Source: Mobula hypostoma (taxonomy: Eukaryota). From it: 64,000 nt of DNA. Each line of letters begins with the position of its first letter. Positions within the stretch are counted from its first letter, which is position 1. The stretch covers positions 251,660,001 through 251,724,000 of the forward strand of contig NC_086097.1 in the NCBI RefSeq assembly GCF_963921235.1. The letters run 5' to 3'. Below, piece after piece: positions 1 through 13,698 of the stretch. The notes under the pieces were generated by a model. It worked only from the letters and a program-made list of their open reading frames with translations. It made no database searches and was not told where the DNA came from. Made by a program: the position numbers and the translations under genes.

Positions 1-1920
1 TCAAAACAGCACAGGGATCCAGGACTGGCGGTGGATTCCTGGTCCGCAAAATATTGCTGATTTAATCACCAGAGGAGCCAGCCCTCAAGACCTGGATGAA
101 GACTCAGAATGGCAAAATGGGCCAAAGTTTTTGAGTTTGCCAGTGAATAAGTGGCCGATGAAATCAGCCAAAGTACTAGCAGCCACTGCCAGGGAAAGCA
201 TCAACAAGTTGCAAAAGAAGGCATTTGTTGCTGCTTTGACAAAGACCAAGGCAAAGAAACAAGAACCAGCACAAAAACAGTACCAGGTCAAAACAGAACA
301 ATGGAGACTGCCTGCAGCGTCAGCCATCCGAAGCCTTGTGGACATCAAGCGGTTCAGTGTTCTAACTCGACTGGTCAAAACAGTTGCATGGATCTGGAGA
401 GCAGCAAAGAAGTTCATTGGACAAAATCAAGCTGTGGACATTCCAAAGTGGGAGGCAGTTTCTTTGACAGGAGTCATCTCAGTAAGGGAACGAGAAGATG
501 ATCTAAGAGACATTTTTCTAGCAGCACAAGAGGGCGCAACCTTCCCAAGTACCACTGCAGACAGGCTGGTAGTCTACAAAAACCAAGACTTTGGGCTGTT
601 GGTTTGCGGTGGCTGAGTGCAAATCTTCAAAGAAGATCAAATTGGTGTCCCCATCTTGCTCTATGATGCCTGGGTGTCCACACTGTTAACCCGGGAGGCC
701 CACAGTGAGAGTCATGACAGAGTGGCAGGAACCTTGCTCAAGATGAGAAGAAAGGCATGGGTCATAAGGGGAAGGAAAATTGCCCAAAAGGTTGTCAATG
801 GCTGCATGCTCTGCAGGAAGGCAAAAGCAAGGAAATGTCAACAAGTAATGGGTGACTTGCTGTCAGAAAGAACTGAACCTGCTGCACTGTTCCAGTTCAC
901 AATGGTGGACCTCTTTGGACCCTACCAAGTAAAAGATAACGTCAAGAAAAGAGTAACGCTGAAAGTCTGGGGAGTGGTCTTTTGCTGCATGGCCAGCAGA
1001 GCCATCCACACAGAGTTGGTAAACACCCTATCAACCAAAGGATTCCTGATGGCCTATCAAAGGTTCACAGCAATCAGGGGACATCCAAGAAAGATCTGGT
1101 CAGATCCAGGCACCAATTTCATTGGAACAAAACCAGCCTTGGAGGAGCTGTACAGATTCTTGAATGGCCTGAACAAAGCAGCCCTGCAGGAGACCGTGGC
1201 AAAAAATGGAACGGGTGGATGTGGAAAATCCATCCTCCTGATTCTCCACACAGGAATGGTGCTACAGAAGCCCCTGTACACATTGTAAAGAGAGCACTCC
1301 AGAGTCTTGGGAAGGAGTCTGGACTCAGTTACAGCGAGTTCCAGACAACCCTTCACATAGCAGCCAACCTTGCCAATGAGCGCCCAATTGATGCCAGGGT
1401 ACAAAGCCGGGAAGACTGTATTCAGTATGTCACACCCAACACTCTTCCACTCAGTCGAGCATCTCAAAGCGGGGATTTCAAAACCTTTGACTTTTCCAAC
1501 TACCCCTACAAAAGACTCCGCGCAATGTAGTCAGAGGTGACCAAGTTCTGAAGGTGCTGGACCCAACTTGCTGGTCCAAATTTGTTTGTCAGGAGCAAGT
1601 GGCATACTGCACAGAGAAACGGCACTATTGGAGACATCGTCTGGTTAAGTGACCAAAATGCACTGAGAGGACATTTCAAGCTTGGCAGAGTGGTCAATAC
1701 CAATCCAGACTGCAAAGGCATGGCGAGGGACGTCAACGTCAGGATCTCCCCAAGCTACAGTATTCTTGTGATGAAAGCTCTGAAAGTAACAAGGCATCCA
1801 TTCTCTGATGGGGAAAAAGACAGGATCCAAGCCACCATCCTTCACAGGGACGTCAGGCGGCTGGTTGTCTTACTACCTGCTGAGGAACAGATGGAAAGTC
1901 AAGTCAACAATACATCGTAA
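1..1920 (+). mobile_element. BEL/Pao LTR retrotransposon pol 3' part (RNaseH-integrase linker, integrase, C-terminal DUF5641-like domain), disrupted
   Basis: ORFs 131-616, 617-1288, 982-1530 and 1582-1920 give the HHCC zinc finger (H..H..CMLC), DLFGP, WGVVFCCMASRAIHTEL, IWSDPGTNF, PHRNGATE and KW...GDIVW..D...FKLGRV. There is a stop at 614-616, a frameshift near 1210, and stops near 1528 and 1549. The 5' part lies outside the window. Confidence 0.93.
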
Positions 1921-2001
1921 GAACACCGAACTGGGGTCACCAAGTTTGCCTTTGAAGGTGGCGATCTCCCCAGTATTTCCATGGGAAGATCGAGTGGGAG
2001 G

Positions 2002-2659
2002 TGTCAAGTCAAACTAGAGTTTCTAGAAAGTATTGAGACCTAGAGACAAAAGAAAATAACATTTAGAAGGAATAGCAAGAATCCACTGACAGACCGATGG
2101 AACCCGCTGCTTCTGCCCGGAATATCGGGAGGGCCCGGCAACATCACAGCGGCAGGCCAGGGGGCAGCGTTGGAATCTGTGGTAAGATGCTTAACTTTAA
2201 ATAGCTTGAGGGATTGTTTGATGGGGAAACGCACCGCTGTCACTGCGTTTGGGTCAGCGCGAGCTTCTCGTCACGTCACGGGGATCTCGCGCGCAGGCGG
2301 CTCGGAGAAATGGCGCCAGGTTTGAGGAGAGCTCGGGAACCTTCGGGAAGGTTCGCCCGGTTTGAAAACGTAACGGTCTATGAGGGAGCGGAGAGGGACC
2401 GGTCGGAATCTGTCCACAAAGTCCGCAGAGGTAGCCAGTTTTTCACCTAATAACTAATGACTAAAGACTAGTGACTAATGTCTAATGGTTGACGGAACTA
2501 TCAAACTGCCGCACTTGCGAAAAATAAAAGGAGGAAAAGGAAAAGTTGTTTGGTCATTGAGTGGAATCAAGTTAAAAAACCCTCGGGTAGACGCATTCAA
2601 TCCCTTTCAAGTGGGGAAGCTGCACATGTTCATAGAACAAAAAGAAATCCGACTTGACA
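2002..2659 (+). repeat. 3' LTR of the BEL/Pao element
   Basis: Follows the purine tract GAGTGGGAGG (1992-2001). Starts TGTCAAGTC and ends GACTTGACA (9-bp inverted termini). AATAAA near 2523. Confidence 0.88.
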
Positions 2660-2664
2660 ATGGA

Positions 2665-3000
2665 CTCTCATCACTGAGGACATGCCTTCTTCTCACTGTT
2701 ACCATCAGGAAGGAGGTACAGAAGCCTGAAGACACACACTCAATGATTCAGGAACAGCTTCTTCCCCTCTGCCATCTGATTTCTGAATGGACATTGAACC
2801 CATGAACACTGCCTCACTTTTTAATTTTATTTCTGTTTTTGCACTATTTTCAATCTAATTATTTAATATACATATATACTTTAATTGATTTACTTATTTT
2901 TTCTTTCTATATTATCATGTATTGAATTGCTGGTGCTAATTTAACAAATTTAATGGCAAGTGCCAGTGATAATTAACCTGATTCTAATTCTGATTCTGAG
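2665..3000 (+). mobile_element. Rex1/Babar-type LINE 3' end
   Basis: Encodes GHAFFSLLPSGRRYRSLKTHTQ*FRNSFFPSAI, followed by an AT-rich UTR and an (ATTCTG)n tail. Confidence 0.75.
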
Positions 3001-3358
3001 TGTCTGCCCATTCCCTAATGAAAGGTACCAGGAATCTAAAACATGGGATGTTGAAGGAGATTACTTCTGCGGACATGAAAAATGCTTATGTGAACCTGTA
3101 AGATGTCAAGGGTTAAGGATGAACTTTATTTTAGAAATATAGAAACAGAAAACCTACAGCACAATACAGGCCCTTTAGCCCACAAAGCTGTGCCGATCAT
3201 GTATTTACTTTAAAAACTACCAAGGGTTACTCATAGCCCTCTATTTTTCTAAGATCCGTGTACCTATCCAGGAGTCTCTTAAAAGACCCTATCGTATCTG
3301 CCTTCACCATCATCACCAGCAGCCCATTCCACGCACTCACCACTCTCTGTGTAGAAAA

Positions 3359-3453
3359 GTCCTGACGAAGGGTTTCCGGCCTGAAATGTCGACCGATCTT
3401 TTCCACTGATGCTGCCTGACCTGCTGAGTTCCTCCAGCGTGCTGTGAGTGTTG
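3359..3453 (+). mobile_element. Penelope-like element terminal fragment with hammerhead-like motif
   Basis: Flanked by the 12-bp direct repeat CTGTGTAGAAAA (3347-3358, 3454-3465). Contains GTC-CTGACGA-AGGGTTTCCGGCCT-GAAAT-GTC-GAC. Confidence 0.75.
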
Positions 3454-3985
3454 CTGTGTAGAAAACTTACCCCTGACATCTCCTCTGTACCTACTTCCAA
3501 GCACCTTAAAAGTGTGCGCTCTCGTGTTAACCATTTCAGCCCTGGGAAAAAGCCTCTGACTATCCACACGATCGATGACTGTCATCATCTTATACACCTC
3601 TATCATGTCACCTCTCATCCTCCGTCACTCCAAGGAGAAACAATCTTCCTGTAGTGAGGTGATCAGAACTGAGCACAGTACTCCAAGTGGGGTCTGACTA
3701 GGGTCCTATATAGTCATAACATTACCGCTCGGCTTTTGAACTCAATCCCACGGTTGATGAAGGCCAATGCACTGTATGCCTTCTTAACCACACAGTCCTA
3801 TGGACTTGGACTCAGACCCCAAGATCACTCTGATCCTCCACACTGCCAGGAGTCTTATCATTAATACTATATTTTGCCATCATATTTGACCTATCAAAAT
3901 GAACCACCTCACACTTATCTGGGTTGAACTCCATCTGCCACTTCTCAGCCCAGTTCTGAATCCTATCAATGTCCCACTGTAACCT

Positions 3986-6021
3986 GCAGGATGTTAGGGA
4001 TAAATTTGTCTCGGTGAGGAAGATAAAGAATGGTAGGGTGAAGGAACCATGGGTGACAAGTGACGTGGAAAATCTAGTCAGGTGGAAGAAGGCAGCATAC
4101 ATGAGGTTTAGGAAGCAAGGATCAGATGGGTCTATTGAGGAATATAGGGAAGCAAGAAAGGAGCTTAAGAAGGAGCTGAGAAGAGCAAGAAGGGGGCATG
4201 AGAAGGCCTTGGCGAGTAGGGTAAAGGAAAACCCCAAGGTATTCTTCAATTATGTGAAGAAAAGAAGGATGACAGGAGTGAAGGTAGGACCGATTAGAGA
4301 TAAAGGTGGGAAGATGTGCCTGGAGGCTGTGGAAGTGAGCGAGGTCCTCAATGAATACTTCTTTTCGGTATTCACCAATGAGAGGGAACTTGATGATGGT
4401 GAGGACAATGTGAGTGAGGTTGATGTTCTGGAGCATGTTGATGTTAAGGGAGAGGAGGTGTTGGAGCTGTTAAAATACATTAGGACGGATAAGTCCCCGG
4501 GGCCTGACGGAATATTCCCCAGGCTGCTCCACGAGGTGAGGGAAGAGATTGCTGAGCCTTTGGCTAGGATCTTTATGTCCTCGTTGTCCACGGGAATGGT
4601 ACCGGAGGATTGGAGGGAGGTGAATGTTGTCCCCTTGTTCAAAAAAAGGTAGTAGGGATAGTCTGGGTAATTATAGACCAGTGACGTCTGTGGTGGGAAA
4701 GCTGTTGGAAAAGATTCTTAGAGATAGGATCTATGGGAATTTAGAGAATCATGGTCTGATCAGGGACAGTCAGCTTGGCTTTGTGAAGGGAGATTGTGTC
4801 TAAAGCCAGACAGAGTTCTTTGAAGAGGTGACCAGGCATATAGATGAGGGTAGTGCAGTGGATGTGATCTATATGGATTTTAGTAAGGCATTTGACAAGG
4901 TTCCACATGGTAGGCTTATTCAGAAAGTCAGAAGGCATGGGATCCAGGGAAGTTTGGCCAGGTGGATTCAGAATTGGCTTGCCTGCAGAAGGCAGAGGGT
5001 GGTGGTGGAGGGAGTACATTCAGATTGGAGGATTGTGACTAGTGGTGTCCCACAAGGATCTGTTCTGGGACCTCTACTTTTCGTGATCTTTATTAACGAC
5101 CTGGATGTGGGGGTAGAAGGGTGGGTTGACAAGTTTGCGGATGGCACAAAGGTTGGTGGTGTTGTAGATAGTGTAGAGAATTGTCAAAGATTGTAGAGAG
5201 ACATTGATAGGATGCAGAAGTGGGCTGAGAAGTGGCAGATAGAGTTCAATCCGGAGAAGTGTGAGGTGGTACACTTTAGAAGGACAAACTCAAAGGCAGA
5301 GTACAAAGTAAATGGCAGGATACTTGGTAGTGTGGAGGAGCAGAGGAATCTGGGGGTACATGTCCACAGATCCCTGAAAGTTGCCTCACAGGTGGATAGG
5401 TAGTTAAGAAAGCTTATGGGGTGTTAGCTTTCATAAGTTGAGGGATAGAGTTTAAGAGTCGTGATGTAATGATGCAGCTCTATAAAACTCTGGTTAGGCC
5501 ACACTTGGAGTTCTGTGTCCAGTTCTGGTCGCTTCACTATAGGAAGGATGTGGAAGCATTGGAAAGGGTACAGAGGAGATTTAGCAGGATGCTGCCTGGT
5601 TTAGAGAGTATGCATTATGATCAGAGATTAAGGGAGCTAGGGCTTTACTCTTTGGAGAGAATGATGATGAGAGGAGACATGATAGAGGTGTACAAGATAA
5701 TAAGAGGAATAGATAGAGTGGATAGCCAGCGCCTCTTCCCCAGGGCACCACTGCTCAATACAAGAGGACATGGCTTTAAGGTAAGGGGTGGGAAGTTCAA
5801 GGGGGATATTAGAGGAAGGTTTTTTACTCAGAGAGTGTTTGGTGCTTGGAATGCACTGCCTGAGTCAGTGGTGGAGGCAGATACACTAGTGAAGTTTAAG
5901 AGACTACTAGACAGGTATATGGAGGAATTTAAGGTGGGGGCTTATATGGAAGGCAGGGTTTGAGGGTTGGCACAACATTGTGGGCCGAAGGGCCTGTACT
6001 GTGCTGTACTATTCTATGTAC
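3986..6021 (+). mobile_element. 5'-truncated CR1 LINE nested in the minus-strand CR1
   Basis: ORFs 3969-4652, 4828-5196 and 5469-5963 ([39 protein letters not shown]). TAACCT duplication at 3980-3985 and 6022-6027. Confidence 0.92.
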
Positions 6022-7489
6022 TAACCTCTGACAGCACTCCACACTATCCACAACAGCCCAATCTTTGTGTCATCAGCAAATTTATTAACCCATCCCTCCG
6101 CTTCCTCATCCAGGTCATTTATAAAGATCACAAAGAGTGGGGGTCCCAGAACAGATCCCTGAGGCACACCACTGGTCACCGACCTCCATGCAGAATATGA
6201 CCCATCTACAACCACTCTTTGCCTTCCGTGTGCAAGCCAGCTCTAGATCCACAAAGCAATATCCCCATTCCTCCTTACTTTCTCAATAAGCCTTGCATGG
6301 GGTACCTTATCAATGCCTTGCTGAAATCCATATACACTACATCTACTGCTCTTTCTTCATCAATGTGTTTAGTCACATCCTCAAAAAAATTCAATCAGGC
6401 TTGTAAGGCACGACCTGCCCTTGACAAAGCCATGCTGACTATTCCTAATATATTATGCCTCTCCAAATGTTCAAAAATTCTGCCTCTCAGGATCTTCTCC
6501 ATCAACTTACCAACCACTGAAGTAAGACTCATTGGTCTATAATTTCCTGGGCTATCTTTACTCCCTTTCTTGAATAAGGTAACAACATCTGCAACCCACC
6601 AATCCTCCAGAACCTTTCCCATCCCCATTGATGATGCAAAGATCATTGTCAGAGGCTCAGCAATCTCCTTCCTCTCTTCCCACAGTAGCCTGTGGTACAT
6701 CTCGTCCGGTCCTGGTGACTTATTCAATTTGATGCTTTCCAAAAGCTCAGCCCATCCTCTTTCTTAACGTCTATATGCTCAAGCTTTTAAGTCCGCTGTG
6801 AGTCATCCCTACAATTGCCAAGTCCTTTTCCAGAGTGAATACTGAAGCAAAGTATTCATTAAATACCTCTGCTATCTCCTCCTGTTCCATACACACTTTT
6901 CCACTGTCACAGTTGATTGGTCCTATTCTCTCATATGTTATCCTCTTGCTCTTCACATACTGGCAGAATGTCTTGGGGTTTTCCTTAATCCTGCTCGACA
7001 AGGCCATCTCATGGCCCCTTCTGGCTCTCCTAATTTCTTTCTTAAGCTCCTTCCTGCTAGCCTTATAATTTTCTAGATCTCCATCATTACCTAGTTTTTT
7101 GAACCTTTCATAAGCTTTTCTTTTCTTCTTGACTAGATTTTCAACAGCCTTTGTACGCCATGGTTCCATGGTTTCCAATGAAACTTACCCTGTCTCATTG
7201 GAACGTACCAATGCAGAATGCCATGCAAATATCCCCTGAACGTTTGCCACATTTCTGCCATACATTTCCCTGAGAACATCTGCTCCCAGTTTTTGCTTCC
7301 AAGTTCCTGCCTGACAGCTTCATATTTCTCCTTACTTCAATTAAATGTTTTCCTGACTTGACTGCTCCTATCCCTCTCCAATGCTATGGTAAGTCTACAT
7401 ATTGTGTCAGAAAACCTTCCTGAACACACCTAACAAACTCCACTCCTTGTAAACCCCTTGCTGTAGGGAGATGCCAATCAATAATCAAA

Positions 7490-8930
7490 ACCGGAGGACT
7501 GGAAGATTGCAAATGTCACTCCGCTATTTAAGAAGGGGACAAGGAAGCAAAAAGGAAATATTGGTGGTTGGGAAGTTGTTGAGAGTCAATTATCAAGGAT
7601 GAGGTTACAGAGTACCCGGAGGCATATGACAAGATAGGCAGAACTCAACATGGTTTCCTTAAAGGAAAATCTTGCCTGACAAACCTATTGCAATTTTTTG
7701 AGGAAATTACAAGTAGGCTAGACAAGGGAGATGTTGTATATTTGGATTTTCAGAAGGCCTTTGACAAAGTGTCACACATGAGGCTACTTAACAAGATAAG
7801 AGCCCATGGAATTACGGGAAAGTTACATATGTGGATAGAGCGTTGGCTGATTGGCAGGAGACAGAGAGTGGGAATAAAGGGATCCTATTCCCGTTGGCTG
7901 CCGGTTACCAGTGGTGTTCCACAGGGGTCCGTGTTGGGGCCGCTTCTTTTTACATTGTACATCAATGATTTGGATTATGAAATAGATGTCTTTGTGGCTA
8001 AATTTGCTGATGATACAAAGTTAGGTGGAGGGGCCGGTAGTGCTGAGGAAACAGAGAGTCTGCAGAGAGACTTGGATAGATTGGAAGAATGGGCAAAGAA
8101 GTGGCAAATGAAATACAATGTTGGAAAGTGTATGGTTATGCACTTTGGCAGAAGAAATAAATGGGCAGACTACTATTTAAATGGGGAGAGAATTCAAAGT
8201 TCTGAGATGCAACGGGACTTGGGAGTCCTCGTGCAGGATACCCTTAAGGTTAACTTCCAGGTTGAGTCGGTGGTGAAGAAGGCGAATGTAATGTTGGCAT
8301 TCATTTCTAGAGGAATAGAATATAGGAGCAGGGATGTGATGTTGAGGCTCTATAAGGCGCTGGTAAGACCTCACTTGGGGTACTATGGGCAGTTTTGGTC
8401 TCCTTATTTAAAAAAGAATGTGCTGACATTGGAGAGGGTACAGAGAAGATTCACTAAAATGAATCTGGGAATGAGAGGGTTAACATATGAGGAACGTTTG
8501 ACCGCTCTTGGACTGTACTCCTTGGAGTTTAGAAGAATGAGGGGGGACCCCATAGAAACATTTTGAACGTTGAAAGGCATGGACAGAGTGGATGTGGCAA
8601 AATTGTTTCCCATGATGGGGGAGTCTAGTACGAGAGGGCATGACTTAAGGATTGAAGGGCTCCCATTCAGAACAGAGATATGAAGAAATTTTTTTAGCCA
8701 GAGGGTGGTGAATCTATGGAATTTGTTGCCACGGGCGGCAGTGGAGGCCAAGTCATTGGGTGTATTTAAGGCAGAGATTGATAGGTATCTGAGTAGCCAG
8801 GGCATCAAAGGTTATGGTGAGAAGGTGGGGGAGTGGGACTAAATGGGAGAATGGATCAGCTCATGATAAAATGGCTGAGCAGACTCGATGGGCCAAATGC
8901 CTGACTTCTTCTCCTTTGTCTTATGGTCTG
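7490..8930 (+). mobile_element. 5'-truncated CR1 LINE (second subfamily), nested
   Basis: ORF 7688-8566 with [20 protein letters not shown] and FADDTK. (TCTTATGG)-type 3' tail. The host CR1 resumes at about 8931. Confidence 0.92.
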
Positions 8931-10709
8931 ATATTGGGGAAATTAAAATCTCCCATCACAACAACCCTGTTACTATTGCACCGTTCCAGAATCTGTCTCT
9001 CTATTAGCTCCTCGATGTCCCTGTTACTATTGGCTGGGGTATAAAAAAACACCCAGTAGAGTTACTGACTCCTTCCTGTTCCTAATTCCACCCACTGAGA
9101 CTCCGTAGACAACCCCTCCATGACTTCCTCCTTTTTCTGCAGCCGTGACACTATCTCTGATCAACAGTGCCACGCCCTCACCTCTTTTGCCTCCCTCCCT
9201 GTCCTTTCTGAAACATCTAAAGTTTGGCATTCTAAGTAGCCATTCCAGCCCCTGAGCCATCCAAGTCTCTGTAATGGCCATAACATCATAGCTCCAAGTA
9301 CTGATCCACGCTCTAAGCTCTTCCGCTTTGTTCATGATAGTTCTTGCATTAAAATAGACGCATCTCAAACCATCAGTCTGAGCGCATCCCTTCTCTATCA
9401 CCTGCCTATCCTCCCTCTCACACTGTTGACAAACTTTCTCTATTTGTGAGCCAACTGCTCCTTTCTTGGTCTCTTCAGTTCGGTTCCCACCCCCCAGCAA
9501 TTCTAGTTTAAACTCTCCCCAATAGCCTTAACAAATCTCCCTGCCAGGATATTGGTCCTCCTAGGATTCAAGTGCAACCCATCCTTTTTGTGCAGGTCAT
9601 TCTTGCCCCAAAAGAGATCTCCATGATCCAGAAATCTGAATCCCTGCCCCCTGCTCCAATTCCTCAGCCACGCATTTATCCTCCACCTCATTCTATTCCT
9701 ATACTCACTGTCACGTGGCACAGGCAGTAATCCCGAGGTTACTACCTTTGAGGTCCTGCTTCTCAACTTCCTTCCTAACTCCCTGTAGTCTGTTTTCAGG
9801 ACCTCCACCCTTTTCCTACCAATGTCGTTGATACCAATATGTACTACGATCTCTGGTTTTTCACCTTCCCACTTCAGGATATTGTGGATGCAACCATCCG
9901 TGTTTCTTTCCTGTGTTCACAGAATCGCCTGTCTGACCCCCTAACTATAGAGCCCCCAATGCCTGCTGCCATCCTCTTTCCTTTCCCTACCCTTCTGAAC
10001 CACAGGGCCAGACTCTGTGCCAGAGGCGCAGTCACTGTTGCTTCCCCCAGTATTGCAACAATACTCAAACAGGAGTACTTATTGTCAAGGGGGACAGCCA
10101 CAGGGGTACTCTCTAGCATCTGACTCCTGCCCTTCTCTCTCCTGACTGTTACCCACTTATCTGTCTCCCTGGTGTGACTACTTGCCTATAGCTCCTATCT
10201 ATCACCTCCTCACTTTCCCTGACCAGACGAAGGTCATCGAACTGCATCTCCAGTTCCCTAACCCAGTCCCTAAGGAGCTGCATCTCAATGCACCTGGTGC
10301 AGATGTGGCCGTCCAGGAGGCTAGGAGTCTCCTGGACTTCCCACATTCAACACCCAGTACAGAACACCGGCCTCACAGACGTACTTCCTATTCCTATTCT
10401 TCACAAGTAACTTCGCTCACCTCAACCCGTTATTGCCGAAGCCCCATTCAGCCAAAGCCTTCCTACTCTGACTCCCTCTACTGTGGCACCCACTCAATAA
10501 AGATGTTCTGTTTTTAGACGGAGTGGTGGGGGTAATAGAGGGAGTGGGGAGGATCTAACGGGAATGGTTGATCAGATTGGGGAAGAAACTTTAAGACAGC
10601 ATAAAGTTTTTGTTTTAATAGCCCTATAGCACTTTCCAGAAGGGAGCTTTTGGAAAAGGCAGTTTGCAGGATGGGTTGTGTCCACAATGAGTTTGTCCTG
10701 GATACGTAC

Positions 10710-11220
10710 AAATCTTGTGAGCAGTTTTGGGTCCCTTAACTGAGAACGGATGTGCTGACATTGGAGAGGGTTCAAAGGACGTCACAAAAATGATTCCGGG
10801 ATTGAAAGGCTTGTCATCTGAGGAGCTTTTCACGGCTCTGGGCCTGTACTCATGGAATTCAGAAGAATAGTGGAGCGGGGTCTCATTGAAACCTATCAAA
10901 TGTTGAAAGGCCTCGACAGGGTGGATGTGGAGAGGATATTTCCTATGGTGGGAGAGTCTAAGATCACCTCAGAATAGAGGAACGTCCTTTTAGAACTGAG
11001 ATGAGGAGGAATTTCTTTAGCCAGAGAGTGGTGAATCTGTGGAATTCATTGCCACAGGCAGCTGTGGATATGTTGTCATTGAATATATTTAAGGCTGAGG
11101 TTGACAGATTCTTGATTGGTCAGGGCATGAAGGGATATGAGGAGAAGGCAGGAGATTTGGGCTAAGAGGAACAATGGATCAGCCATGGTGAAATGGTGGA
11201 GTGGACTCGAATGGCCAAAT
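10710..11220 (+). mobile_element. CR1 LINE 3' fragment
   Basis: Similar to 8380-8900 (LTLERVQR, FFSQRVVNLWNSLPQ). Confidence 0.8.
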
Positions 11221-11869
11221 GGGAGCATTTAATAGGTAGTGAGAGCTTGTCCCCATTACCAGCCCTCACCACCCGCACCCCCCCCCCCGCCCGGCTATAA
11301 CAACCTTAAGTTACTGTAGTTTTCATATATTGAGTGAAGACTGGTTCTCAGTTGATTGCATTCACTATCTGAACTAACTAACACTGCAATTTAATTCAAG
11401 CTCAAGGAAATAAGAATTGTGTGAAATTGAATCTGTGTTTAATCAAGGAGCCATCATTCATTGAAACTTAATACAGCAATTCACTTGATTCATTTGTTAA
11501 CTGATGTCTAGAACCCTGGCTCTCTAAATGAAAACTTTAATGAGATGCTTACGTTTCAAAAACAAATATTTTTTTTGTGTAAGGGGATCAGTCTGGGCTG
11601 CACCATCAAAGCATGATGGCCCTCCTTTTGAACATGACTAACAACAGTGTTTCAAGCAAACAGAGCAAGGCCTGACCTCTGACCCTGTTGTCAGGCTGCA
11701 CTTCGACCAGGGACAGACCTTGCTGAATGGATGGCCAGTTGTTTAACTTTTACCTGTACATACATTTTGCAGTTTTCTGTACAGTTCATCATGTTGTTTT
11801 CCTCAAATGCAATTTGAGAATTCAAACCTCATTTGAGAGTTCCCACAATCTATGGGCTCACTTTCAACA

Positions 11870-12500
11870 ACTCTTCATCTCATGTTCTCAATATTTATTG
11901 CTTATTTATTTATTATTATTATTATTATTTATTTTCTTTTGTATTTGCACAGTTTGATGTCTTTTGCATACTGGTTGTTTGTCCATCCTGTTGGATGCAG
12001 TCTTTCATTCATTCTATTGTGTTTCTTGTATTTACTGTGTATGCCTGCAAGAAAGTGAATCTCAGGTTTGTATCTGGTGACGTATATCAGAATCAGGTTA
12101 AATATGGTGTGAAGTTTGTCATCTTTGTGGCAGCAGCACAATGCAATACATGATAAATAAAGACAAGCACTGAATTATGTATATAATAGTTAAATTAAAT
12201 AAGTCATGCAAAAATAAAAATAGCAAAAAGGAGTGAAGTAGTGTTTATGGCTTCTTCGTCCATTCAGAAATCTGATGACATAGGAAGAAGCTGTTCCTGA
12301 AACACTGAGTGTCTGTCTTCAGGCTCCTTCACCTCCTCTCCGATGGTAGCAATGAGAAGAGGGATATGGGGTCCTTATTGATGGATATTACTTTTTTGAG
12401 GCAACGTTCCTTGAAGATGTCCTGGATACTGCTGAGGCTCGTGTTCATGATGGAGCTGACTAAGTTTACAACTCTCTGCAGCTTATTTCAATCCAGTACA
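11870..12500. mobile_element. Two tail-to-tail Rex1/Babar LINE 3' fragments
   Basis: Plus-strand 3' UTR matches 23630-23870. The minus fragment matches other Rex1 ends (GAAGCTGTTCCTGAA..CTTCAGGCTCC). Confidence 0.6.
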
Positions 12501-12559
12501 GTAGCCCCTCATCTTCCATACGGATGTACTTTGATAATGAACTTCCTTTGAACCTTGAA

Positions 12560-12810
12560 TGGTAGCTTAGTGTAGTGGAGTTCAATTCCGGTGCCGCCTG
12601 TAAAGAGTTTGTATGTTCGGCACGTGAATCATGTGGTTTTTCTCCAGGTGCTCTGATTTCATCCCACAGTCTAAAGACATACCGGTTTGTAGGTTAAATT
12701 GGCCATCGTAAGCCATCCTGTGATTAGGGTTGGATCATTGGGTTGCTGTGTGGTGCAGTTTGTTGTTATGGAAGGGCTGCTTCCGCACTGGATCTCTAAA
12801 TAAATGAATA
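12560..12810 (+). mobile_element. V-SINE (HE1-like tRNA-derived SINE)
   Basis: B-box-like GTTCAATTCC, then the V-domain ...GGTGCTCTGATTTCATCCCACAGTCTAAAGAC... Related copies at about 14145-14515, 14750-15010(-), 24735-24915(-), 30705-31005(-), 32770-32975(-), 51905-52360(-), 56215-56420, 60015-60300, 60555-60810 and 60995-61200. Confidence 0.75.
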
Positions 12811-13100
12811 ATTTTCAATGTAATTTATTTTTAAAAAAATTAAATATACCAGAATCTGGTTTTATTTCACTTACGTGTCATGAAATTTGTTGTTTTATGA
12901 CAGCAGTACATAAACTAAACTGTACAGCACAATAGAAATATATTAAAATTAAAGTAAGTAAGTAATGAAGAAAAGAATAAAAATAGTGAGGTAGCGTTCA
13001 TGGGTTCATGGTCAGTTCAGAAGTCTGATGGTGGAGAGGAAGAAGATATTCCTAAAACATTGATTGTCTTCAGGCTCCTGCACCTCCTACCTGATGATAG

Positions 13101-13698
13101 TGTGATCACTCGAGTCGAGTATGATGTTCTCCTCAGGGATTGTCTATTGATGGGTCCTCAGGTCACTGTAGAGTCCAATCCAGGATCCACATATTCCGGT
13201 GCAGTGTGGACACGAGTAAGTGGTGGCTGTGGTTAGTGGTTGGGTTTATTGGTTGTTCAGTCTCTCCTTTCACAGCTGCCCATTATTCTCATATAGCACA
13301 CCTCCCTCTTGATCAGATTTCCTCCAGATATATCTGTCGAGTGCAATACCTTCCCAGTTTTTAGATGTCTTGTTGAATTTCCTTAGACTGATTTTGATGT
13401 TACCTTTGAAGCGTTTCCTTTGCCCACCAGGGACTCGCTGACCTTCAACTGGGGATAAATGATCTGTTTGGGTAGACATGAGTTGGGCATTCGGATGACA
13501 TGACTATCCACCAGAGTTGGTGTTGCTTTATCATGGTGGAGATGCTGTTCATGTTGGCTTCCTCCAGTAGACTGGTGTTAGTGTGTCTGTCCTTCCAGTG
13601 GATCCTTAAGATCCCTTGTAAGGATCTTTGGTAATATCACAGGGCTTTCAGATTTCAACTGTAGGTGGTCCATAATTCAGCTCTGTACTGTAATGCAG
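13101..13698 (-). mobile_element. RTE-clade LINE 3' fragment inserted in a Rex1 fragment
   Basis: ORF 13270-13479 PGGQRKRFKGNIKISLRKF..WEGIALDRYIWR is a typical RTE C-terminus. The host Rex1 sequence resumes at about 13699. Confidence 0.75.

Larger units (their letters stand above)
3140..10500 (-). mobile_element. Near full-length degenerate CR1 LINE split by nested insertions (host segments about 3140-3985, 6022-7483, 8931-10500)
   Basis: ORF1 zinc finger/leucine zipper (CTGC..HICTRC) and SGNH esterase (GSIVRG, SGLLPVPR, DGLHLN) at 9503-10400. APE endonuclease (YFNAR, ITETW) at 9027-9500. RT ([31 protein letters not shown]) at 6021-7178. 3' UTR at about 3140. Confidence 0.9.
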
